Source of the DNA: Asterias rubens
Lineage: Eukaryota
Direction of reading: 5' to 3'
DNA length: 64,000 nucleotides
Assembly (NCBI RefSeq): GCF_902459465.1
Contig: NC_047069.1
Span: 8,432,001-8,496,000 of the forward strand
Shown: positions 54,201 to 64,000 of the stretch, piece after piece
Layout: every line of letters starts with the position of its first letter
Position numbering within the stretch: position 1 is the first letter of the stretch
The notes under the pieces: model-generated
Databases searched by the model: none
What the model was told of the DNA's origin: nothing
What the model saw: the letters and a program-made list of their open reading frames with translations, nothing else
Made by a program: the position numbers and the translations under genes

Positions 54201-57200
54201 ACAAAATCTCGATTAAAATAGATCTTCTCGGAGTGCTTGATCAACTAATTTTTATGCTGGTCGTGTTATATACATTCTAGTCCAGTAAACGTTTTGAGCT
54301 ATGCAAGCTCTGCAGTGTTGTCGATTTTCCATCAATTTGAGCCCTACAGAAAGTGAAGACAAGTTATTTATTGTTCACTCCATGCTACCCTCACCTGGGT
54401 CAGTGTCTCAGGTCTTAACTTGTGTCAGTGTCTGAAAAGCTTTGCGCACTGCCCGGCAAATTACGCTCTAACACTTTCTGTATTATCTTTTGTTCTTCAT
54501 TGTTCACATATTATTACTTTGGCCAAGCTGTTTGGCTGAAAGCAATTAAATTATTCATAGCAATGAATAATCTGTTGAGGAGCTTACTGACTGCATAGTG
54601 GGGAGCTCAACAGTATTATTGGAAACTGTAGTCTAGGGAGAAGTTACCCCCAAACCAAACTATCATGGGGAAAAACCTTAAAGGGACAGACTCAAATGCA
54701 ATAAGTAAAATAAAAACATGTTATGTATCTAATGAACCAAACAAAAAACAAAGAATTCAAAACACAATTGCCTCAAGTTTTTTTTAAGTTGTGACAAATA
54801 ACACCATGGCAAATCTTATTTTAAAGACATTGGACACTATTGGTAATTGTCAAAGACTAGCCTTCTCACTTGGTGTATCTCAACATATTCATAAGATAAC
54901 AAACCTGTACAAAATGTGAGCTCAATCGGTCGTCGAAGTTGCGAGATAATAATGAAAGAAAAAACACCCTTGTTACACCTTTACTTGTTACCAAGAAAAG
55001 TTTTATGCTAATAAATATTTTGAGTAATTACCAATAGCGTCCACTTTCTTTAAAAGTTGTTTGCTTTCAGATGCTTGATTTCGAGATTTCAAATTCTAAA
55101 TATGAGGTCTCAAAATCAAATTCATGTAAAATTACTTTCTTCTCTATAACTACATTACTTCAGAGGGAGCCGTTTCTCTATCAACCTTTACTTGTTACCA
55201 AGAAAAGTTTTATGCTAATAAATATTTTGAGTAATTACCAATAGCGTCCACTTTCTTTAAAAGGTGTTTGTGAGAAATATGATATAGGCTTACATGTATT
55301 GAGTGAGCTGCATAATGGTAAACAAAATTACTCTATAGCCACTGTTGGCCTTGACTCTGCTTGAAGACATCAACTTGTTGTTTGAAAGGAGAAACAAACA
55401 CTCTCTGAAATACATTTTAGTAACTATTTACACTGCTTTATCTTTCTTATCAGGAGTTTTTCTATGGTGCTTGTGTGCGACACATCCAATCCAAATTGGG
55501 ATGAGTGGGCTGAGCTAAGTATCGTCAGGCATACATTGCTAGGAGCGATGGAAGATCGGGATCAGTTGGGAAGTATCACTTCAGTCCCAAGCCCTGGTGA
55601 ACTAAAACGGGTACGACAATTGATATTAAAGATATAAGCTTGCATCCTTATGCTGCCCAATACCTCTGATAATTACATGGCCTCAAGATTTTTTGATAGC
55701 AGATAAGAAATGTTATAACCTCTTATAACACATGCACCGTGGAGTAAATACCCTTCTTACGGCTGTCAAAATAAGCACAAGTTTATTCCTTGAGGACTTT
55801 TTAACCAGAATTGCTCGCGCCACAGAAACGTGTCTTTTGGTGTTTTATAATGTGATGAAAACAGTGTCTTGTCGGGTTGAGTGCATAAAAGGCATGGCAC
55901 AATTCAAGAGGAACAGTTTTGACTGCAAAACAAAGAAAACATTTTTCGTTAAATGGCAAGCTTATTAGTTACATTTATTTTTTCATTTCCTTTAAAAAAT
56001 TGCCATGGAAATAATCTCTTTGATTGTTTTTATATTTTGTTTTGTTTATTGTGGCTTGTTTCTTGAAGTGAAACCAAGGATGGCTCATAAGTGAACTTAG
56101 ACACTGTAGCTTGCAAGCCTAAACCCATACTCTTTCACGATAAGTGCCAAGACAGTGACTCAAACTCACACTCTGCTGATTAGAAACACCAGAGCTAGAG
56201 TCTGGTGCCTTTTAAGTATTTAGTATTCACACGTCAAAAGTGTGTAAACAAAGTTGTACCAAATCATATTCTGATAAGAATGCCCTGTACTGGCCCAAAC
56301 TGCCCCTTTCTGAAACGTATTACACAGGTGAGCAGGTATATTTGCTTGTTCACATGGGGACTTCATCTTACTCTGTTTTCACTCACACAGCCAGGAGTTA
56401 AAATGCTTTGGTAAGGAGAAAAGCAAGATGCGGATGCTGCATGCAGTTTATGCACTGTTAAAGAGTACCCACATAAATGTCTCACAATTTGACAAAATTC
56501 CTTGGTTAGACACACATTTACATGAATGACAGGAAACCTTTTTTTTTCTTTTCTTTTTTCAGTTCCTTGAGATAGCATCAGAGACCAAAGTGGATTTCTC
56601 TGATCCAGCAAATCAGCTCCTGAAAGGTTACTTCTTGGGGAGCAGGAGGGTGCGCTTATCAGGAGTCCACGGCACACCATTTCCTTCAACAGCTCTTCAT
56701 ACACTGTAAGTTTTCTTGATCCCAGTGTCCTTTAGCAATAATTTCAAATTCCAAATAAGTGTACTATTGGCAAAGTGCTATAAAGAGAACATCTGGACAA
56801 AAACAAACTAATGATTCCCATTTGATTAAGATTTTTTTTTTTTTAAGTCAGTATAGGCTTTATTGTTATTATTATTTTTTATTTTAAGCATCTGTACTGT
56901 ACTGTCTCGACTCTCTACCTGTTTCATGGATTTACCTGTAGATGTTTCACCCATAAATATCAGGCTACTACCTAGCAATCATTGCATCAAAATGACCAAT
57001 GATGTCAAGGTCAATTAATGTGTGCCGGGTTCACCCATGAACCTCGTATCACACAAGGCATGTAATTGCCTGTCAACACAGGTGAATCAGACCGAGTCCC
57101 TGTATAATTACATGGCATTTCTATTAATTTATTTTACTGACTGAGAGAAATGGTTTGCGTCCTCCACAGGGCTTGCATGTCAAGGGCACATGCTAAACTC

Positions 57201-58266
57201 TGCCTGAGAGGCACTGTGCTCAAGGAGGATGCGGCACTTGCAGTGTTTTTATATGAAGAAGCAATTACAGCACGATATGGTTAGTCCAGATTTTTCCAAA
57301 TTAAATGCAAACTTAAGTTTATATCTTTTTGTGACTTTCATACTTAAAGGCACTGGACACCCTTGTTGATTGTCAAAGACCAGTATTGTCACTTGGTGTA
57401 TCCCATCCCAACATATGCATATGTGAACATTTGGACTCAAGTGGTCATTGAAGTTGCAAGACAATAATGAAAGAAAAAAACACCCGTGTTGAAAAAAGTG
57501 TGTGGTTTCAGATGCCTAATATAAGGCTTCAGGCTTGAAAGCTTTTAATATTTGAGTGAGGAATTACCTCTTTCTCAAAAACTGCCAGTGGCTTTAAACG
57601 GCAGATGGAGTTGGAGAATGTTTTCAGGTTTATGAAAGTGTCTAATGAATCAAATATCAATCTCTCAAAATTTAATGTTTTCATTGATTACAACAACCAA
57701 ATGATTTATGATGTAAAATTTAACATCTCAAACTATTACTGATAGGAAAATATGGAACATTGCCTACTTACAAATTAAAACACCCTACTTGAGGGACTTT
57801 TATTGTTTCTTCACAAAATGTGTTCTTTACCATACCACCTGTACAGGTTACTCACACAATAGTAACACCTTTTTTCAAAGGAGATACTGAACAGTGCAGA
57901 AATTGATTCAAAAGTTTCACAGTAACCATTTTGTTTGTGTCACTTTTGAATTAACACTTTGTTCGTATCAAGTGTCCTATTTTGACATATATTTATATCA
58001 ACAAAATTCACCGTTGTTGAGCTGGACAGTTTTGTTTCAAGGACATCAGATTTCAAAGCTGCTGAAACCTCTTCTTTGATAAATGTCCAGCTGAGGATAA
58101 GATCTTTGTCTAAGAGCAAACAGATCTAAATGGTCCTAATGGCCTTTTTTGATTTTAACAAAAAAAGTAAATTTTGTAAATTTTTGTTGTAGGTTTTTCT
58201 GTCTTAAACGTTCACCCCAAGGTTAATGTGAGGCACGACAGCACTGCACAATGTACAGGACCAGAG
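39248..58266 (+). CDS. MCMDC2: Minichromosome maintenance domain-containing protein 2 (meiotic, ATPase-degenerate MCM paralog); 3' terminal exon not found
   Basis: Twenty exons chain in frame (672 codons): 39248-39397, 39808-39862, 40036-40094, 40781-40884, 41557-41658, 42159-42263, 42772-42839, 43338-43439, 44577-44674, 45050-45067, 45529-45595, 46809-46954, 48338-48512, 49718-49807, 52431-52588, 53250-53284, 55454-55610, 56563-56705, 57170-57279, 58193-58266. Matches recalled human MCMDC2: MEASLCYLD, LGNIVLHQP, Zn-finger C-x4-C...C-x2-C, PPGTYHRLKLCMLLSL, AGSVLLARQGVCLLGDL, GYFLGSRRVR, AHAKLCLR..VLKEDA. Walker A/B are degenerate, as expected for this gene. Confidence 0.92.
41118..41482 (+). 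mobile_element. MITE family K, copy 5, in an MCMDC2 intron
   Basis: TTAA at 41114-41117 and 41483-41486; TIRs and body as in copy 2. Confidence 0.88.
43504..44432 (+). repeat. Two-copy tandem duplication, period about 475 bp, filling an MCMDC2 intron
   Basis: TATAAGTGCTGCCTAAAAATG at 43524 and 44000, with long near-identical blocks following. Confidence 0.9.
48625..48763. mobile_element. Truncated MITE with CTAGTCCTAA subrepeats
   Basis: ACAAAGAGTTA...TAACTCTTTGTGAAATCGACCCCAG; the left TIR is truncated. Confidence 0.6.
50945..51960 (+). repeat. Three-copy tandem repeat, period about 340-355 bp, in an MCMDC2 intron
   Basis: Anchor ATCTATCCATAAAAT at 51029, 51383 and 51723; TTGTACACAAA and TTTTGCACT blocks recur at the same spacing. 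Confidence 0.88.
53449..53494 (-). other. Penelope-like terminal remnant with hammerhead-like GAAACGTC motif
   Basis: On -: GCCT-TCGAGAAAGAC...GTC-GAAACGTC-AGGC; GCCT/AGGC can form stem I, but there is no canonical CUGANGA. Confidence 0.35.
54825..55256 (-). mobile_element. MITE family K, copy 6, reverse orientation, with internal 80-bp duplication of its terminus
   Basis: Starts TTAA|AGACATTGGACACTATTGGTAATTGTCAAAG; 54977-55056 is identical to 55184-55263. Confidence 0.85.
57348..57593 (-). mobile_element. MITE family K-related short (246 bp) copy 7
   Basis: TTAA|AGGCACTGG...CCAGTGGCT|TTAA; body is a deleted, diverged reverse version of the family. Confidence 0.75.
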
Positions 58267-61200
58267 GTAAGCTTTTCAATTATAGCTCATTTTCAGCTGT
58301 TCTTAACCTGGTTCTCAAGAATTGCTCTCTTTTGTACCTTTTGTTTTCCCTTTGACACTGTGTCCTTTGGAACTGTTGCACAAATAACAAAATGTGCAAC
58401 TCAATATTATGCTGCCGCAGGGACCAAGTGTTACAAACATTTTATCAGTTCAGCGGATGAACAGTCTAAGTTGCTATTTTGTAAAAACTGTAATTTTCAG
58501 GAGTAAAATTCCTTTGACATCTCGCACTTCGAGTAAAGAACCACAAAGGTAGATATCTTCAGGCAAAAGCACTTTGACGCAATTGCCATTCTCTACTTGA
58601 GGCGCGCAAAAAAAAAATTCAACCTTAAAGGCTGTAACTCTCTCTTTACAGCTTGTGTCTAACCCATCTTATATCTTCCTCTACTGTCAAACAAGAACAT
58701 GCTTCAGTCAATCCAACGCGGCAATATACACACACACTCCACAATCTCTTGCCTTTTGAAATGAAACTAAAATGGGCCGGTGGTTTGAATATCCGTCGTG
58801 CCACAAGGTTTAATTCTAAATGTCAGTCAGCTCTCAGCCTCATCGCTCGTTTTTCTCAAATCAGTCGCATCATCCCCATTGATTTATGTACCAATCCCCG
58901 GTACATTCTGACTTGTGTATCGAGTAATGCAGTTCCATTATGACGAATCTCTTCTCACATGAGAGATGGAAAAATTGAAATTATTTAGATTTACTGTTTT
59001 CCCCTTCGGGTATAGGAGCACTCAACCTTGTTTGACTCCAAGCATTGATAGTGTCCATAATTTTAACCGACCACAATACAAAGCTTGTTGGTGTAGGCTT
59101 TAGATGTTAAGAAATACAGTTGTTTTGTGTTATTTTAAAATGAGCTAATACAGAACAGTTAATGATTACAGAACAATTAAACCAAAATGAGTATATTGTC
59201 AGGTTTAGGTGTACCACAATACTTGCAACATTGAGTTTCTTTAATTGAAGTATTTCTATGGAAATACGTAGAAATTCAACCAGCAGTAAATGATTTAACC
59301 ATGGAGGGAAGGTTCCATTTGAGAACTGAACTTTAAAACAATTTTTCTTCAGCTTCACATGTAGAAAACCTGCAAATTTTTGTCAAAAATAGCGGATTTT
59401 TTTTTTTTTTTAACTCTGAATTCTCACTTATCCATTCCAAACCTTTGTCAGTCGATTACCGAAAATCATTTAATTGTTACGGTGCGCGGGCGTTTTTACA
59501 CGATATCTCGGTTAACATGAAATAATAACAACCACTCCATGGCCCACCTGCCTTCGTATCCTTCTGAGCGTCTTCTCCCGTGATTTCCCCTGAGGCAAAT
59601 CTGATTGTTTTTCTGTAAGACTCTGGCAGTTAGCCTGTGTTGTTACTCCCAAGTTACAACAGCATTTTGTATGTGATTTGTCACGCAGAATGATACCTAC
59701 ATGAGGGGTTTTATGGCTCAACTGTCACGTCTCTGTGGCTCACACGTGCCTGATTTGGATTTCTACCAGTCAGAGGATTAATTACTCGTCAATTAGGCTG
59801 GGGGTCCTTAATGGGTGTCTTTGACTTTCAATCTATTTTATTACTACGTATAGGCATAGTACTGTGCCAGTACATACATTCTTAAGTGATTGTGATGAAC
59901 CTGTCCGTGTGCATGTAAAAGTGGCATTTAGGATCCCTTAATTGCTCTTTACAAGATCTAGTCTTCTTTAAAGAAATTTATCCAATTCAAATCAATGTCA
60001 ATGTCATTTTCTGGCTCTTTGAAAGTGCAGTTTGTTCCCAATTATTATTTCATTAACATTTATCATTTTGTTGTATGTGTTTTATTTTCTAATTTGTTTT
60101 GGTGTTTGTGTGTGTCAAAACAGTTACATGTATATTCAGCAATGATTTAGTTTAAAATTACATATTCAAATTTTAGGGAATTTAATTGGGAGCAAAACTG
60201 CTGTAAATAATAAATTTATTTATTGTAATTGCTCAATATTTTGAAATTATTTGAACTAAACATTCCAGAAAAAGAAATATGATTCAAAATTATCTTGGCG
60301 ATTGTGTTTTGATTATTATTTCTTTCTTTTCTTTTCAAGTCCTTTTTGTCATTATTTCTGTAATTGAATGCACAGTATTTTAAGGTTATTTATATTAAAC
60401 TTTCAAAAAGAAGAAACATATTGCCAAATTACCTATGCGTTTATGTTTTGATTTTTTTTTTCTTTGGGTTGTATTGTTTGTCAAGTCTTTTATGTGATTA
60501 TTTTGGTCATTTCGTGTTCACATCCTTTTCGATCATCAGTTTTACCGCAGCTTGTGACTGCTTATTGCCGTCGTATGTTCGGAATCTGTCTCAATCAGGT
60601 TATGTTCAGATAACCAAATATCATTCGTATGCATTTCTCACGTGTTTCGAATACACACATCTCGCAAATATTGCAAGCTGAGTAAATTCTAACAAAGGCA
60701 TTGATAGGCATCTTATTCATATTCCTTAATTCTACAATGATGAATGTCGGGCGTGGAGCGAAAGGAAAGGGGAAAATCGAAGCAGAGTAATGACAACCTG
60801 GAGACAGAGACACTTCTAGCAGTTTCATTTGTTTACTTTGGTCAAACGTGCCCTTGCTTGTTTGTGCTGAGTGGCTGGTAGATTACTTTAACCAATGTAC
60901 AGTCTCGCCTCAAACATTGATGTGCATATGACGTGGTACATGATACAAACAATGCTATATCTATTGGGAATAATATTAGTAAATTAAATGGTATCCTTTA
61001 TTACCAGCAACCGCGATCAATAAGATTTCTAGGATGTCCCAAATGACGTTTCAAAAAGACAAAAATGTCCCATCAGATAAGAGACTTGTGGTATCATATT
61101 GTACCACATCCCTCTGCTCTAAACTAACATAAACAATACGTGATTTTCATATGTTGATGCAGGTCGACGCCTGATGTTTGTCATATTGGTTGATTTTAAA

Positions 61201-64000
61201 AAGATATAGCAAATTTAAAAGAAATAATGTGGACTTATTTCACATAGATAATTCAAGTACCCATTAAAAAGGTCATGTACTGTCGCTCTGGACAGAAATA
61301 TGACACCAAACTGTGTCATCAAATGAAATTTGACAGCCTAAGAAGTATGCTTTACATGACAAATTTTGTTTTCATTACACCTTTAGGTGTACTTTACACC
61401 TGTTCCAACAAGATAAAAGGGTCCTTCAACATCATTTTTAGGCGTAAAGTTGATGTGGAACAAATTAAGTGCCGTGTCTTGCAGGGTGGAGCACATTACG
61501 TGCCGAATATTCATTTCATTGGTGAAAAAGGGAAAGTACATCGTGAATTTTGGAAAAGAACAAGACACAATAACCCTTATAGTTTTTAAATATCTTTTTA
61601 CTTTACAATAGGCAGACATCCTATATGGAAAAAAATGGTAGGGGGGGGGCGGCAGGTTAAAAGTAAGTAATGAAGTTTTGTTTTAACAATTACCAAGTAC
61701 CTTCCTTGTGATAATCAAGAAAGTAGGCCTACGATACCCATCGTAACACATGCTTCCTTGGGTGCTCCAAAATATGTGTCTTTGTGAAAGTGTTTTGACG
61801 TTGGTACTAACTATCCTTGATCAAGGCGTTCCATCTGTATGTGTCTCTGCATTCACGTCCATTCATACTTTTCTTGTACACAAAAGTGTAAACTGCGCTG
61901 TACCGAACCTTTATAAATGCATAACCTGAACTCATACCAAGTTATCCAACCGGTGGTCGATCTACGCCACCTCTTCGCCCTGTTCGATTCAGGCTCAACT
62001 AATTTCCGTGTCATGGTTTTGGCATTACTCGCTTGACACAATTCTGGTCATTGGTTGGTAGCGTTTAATTTCCATCCTCATTCAATAACTCGATTTGCAA
62101 TTTCCCTTGCGGCTTTTGGCGCTTACTTATTTCTATACCCTGAATTTCGCGTACCTGCAAACTAGAAATCAGTCGGGAAAACTATTTTTTTTTTCTTGAA
62201 CGGGTCGATCGAGATTTTGAATTTAAAAAGGGGTCAGCCTAATCCACACGTCCTACAGTCAGTTATAGTTCCCACTCTCTTTTTCATACGTCTTAAATGC
62301 CAGGGCTTTACAATGATCCCTGTCTAAGATAAACAGTTTCAAATGACAGCAAAAGTCCGTTATTTCCAAGTAATTGTCTATTTGAAGAGCAAGTTTGGAG
62401 GGAAATTTGCATACGAGCTGCTCATATACCATACAAGAAAACATTGTACTATTTGCAGGTTCACCTATCTTAAAATTGTCTTTCGTCAACATGTCCGCAA
62501 GGGAGCTCTGCAAATAAAGCAGAATACAGTTGCTTCTTTCTCATTGGTTTATAAAAGCAAAAGAAGAAACAAACAAAAATACTCGAAGGTACAATCATCG
62601 GCACTTCCCATTCCACTATCATCTGTATCTCAAGTGAGCATGCTGGATCGTTACTATCAACTGACAAAGATCTATAACATACAAGGGTTCAGCAAAAACC
62701 ATCAGTGGAGAGTGATGTGGGAATATACGTGTCCCGATAACATCAGTGACGATCAGTGCTCGCCCTCGGTCCTGGAATTGACTTGTCCTTTGGTGATACG
62801 AAATCGGCATCTTGTAAAGTTCACGTGTCATAAGATTATCCTTTAGGGGCCTAAGTGCAGCTTAAAATACACATGTTCGTGATAAAAGGCTGCAATTTTA
62901 CCGGTTTATGTAATTATGAAGATTATGTTTTTCCTTCGCACGCTCCACTCGTCAACTCGTAAGCAAATGAAACACAAGGCCTATTATGGACTATGTTAGA
63001 AGTTTTAGCATATTGGTGTTTTGCTAAACGTGAAAAAAAAAAAATAAGTGAGGGAATTACATCATTTTAACCCAAATGACGTTTTCTCATCAGCCTTTTG
63101 TCTCTCGGGAAAGGTCAAAAAGGAGCCAGCTGAGATTGGGATTACAGACTAGAAAGTGATACCAGGCGTAAAATCTCACAACAACGATTAGAATCTGTCA
63201 CTCCAATTAAAAAGGCTCACACGGTCAATGTACTAGAAGTTGTGTAACAAAGAACAAGTTCGATGAAAACTGATTGCAATAAGATATTAAAAGAATATTA
63301 TCGCTGTAATATAGGGGCTTAAGCAGACATTTCCTTCAATAGCATAACCGCGAGATTTTAAAGGGACGTTGCGTTTGGCAATCTTCAAATTAATGGCAGT
63401 AAAGTTGCTTAGAAGCTCATCAACAGCTTTCGATAGTGTTTAGTGCTTTGAGAAACATTTGACAACGAACTAATGTGGTTGTAAAAACATATCAGTTTGT
63501 ATGCCCCAAAATTGAATCTGAGAAACTTTTTTGACCGCGATAACGCTTCTATACCCTGCTGCTATATTGGACTTAGCCGTTTTATGTGGACACGCCCTCC
63601 CCATTTCTCGCGTGGCTATACTGCGATGAATCAATACCCACGATGGCCTTAATATCAGGGGGGGGGGCTTGCTAAATTGCTCACGTGTAAAAAGGGGCTT
63701 TAGCAAACACTGTTATGCCAGTACCCATGTTTGTTTGTTTAATTGCTTTTCATGCGAAAGGAAAATGTTTTTTGCTGGAGTGGAGATGCATGTAAAAGGT
63801 GGCCATTTCAGTTTCTTTCGATGAGCTATATGACTACTCAAACTATCACAGTCGTAAAAACAGTTTGCTTAATAAACATTTAATAAAAAATATTTTGTAC
63901 GTTTTAAAGAAAAAAATAAGAATCTGTGATAGAATAGGCACGCAATTTTCACTAACTTCAGCAGAGTATTCTTCACTGTAAATGGTTATACAGATAAATA

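Noticed and set aside
56363-56704. 113-aa ORF on -
   Set aside because: Antisense to a genuine MCMDC2 exon (56563-56705).
62343-62846. Longest ORF in the track (167 aa, +)
   Set aside because: No recognisable domain or MCMDC2 similarity, and composition like translated non-coding DNA. The acceptor at 62458 gives an immediate stop in the phase MCMDC2 needs.
58300-64000. Conserved bilaterian microRNA hairpins
   Set aside because: An eye scan for mature sequences I remember (let-7, miR-9, -92, -124, -125, -182 and others) found no match; a proper miRBase/Rfam search is still needed.

Overview
AT-rich, intron-rich animal genomic DNA. It is probably a marine invertebrate deuterostome such as a sea star, but that is an impression from repeat content and protein similarity and was not verified. 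I rebuilt seven genes by hand, checking splice sites and reading-frame phase: the 3' part of EXOSC8 (+); two intact tandem paralogs of a 7-exon M6PR/ATG27-like type I membrane protein (-); TMEM185 (-) head-to-head with VMA21 (+); and AMDHD2 (-) head-to-head with MCMDC2 (+, 20 coding exons found, stop-containing exon not found). Most ORFs in the supplied track are spurious or are exon fragments. Introns and intergenic DNA carry many small non-autonomous elements: seven copies of a TTAA-flanked Kolobok-type MITE, two tRNA-like repeat families, several other TIR elements, two decayed hammerhead-like motifs and local tandem duplications. I found no clearly new system. The best leads are the mosaic divergence of the two receptor paralogs (lumenal exons about 50% identical, TM/tail exons about 95%, plus a GT-to-GC donor switch), the two bidirectional promoters, a DR5-DR2-DR4 nuclear-receptor half-site chain in an MCMDC2 intronic satellite, and the motif-rich unexplained last 5.7 kb. 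Protein identifications rely on recalled human sequences; no database search was run.
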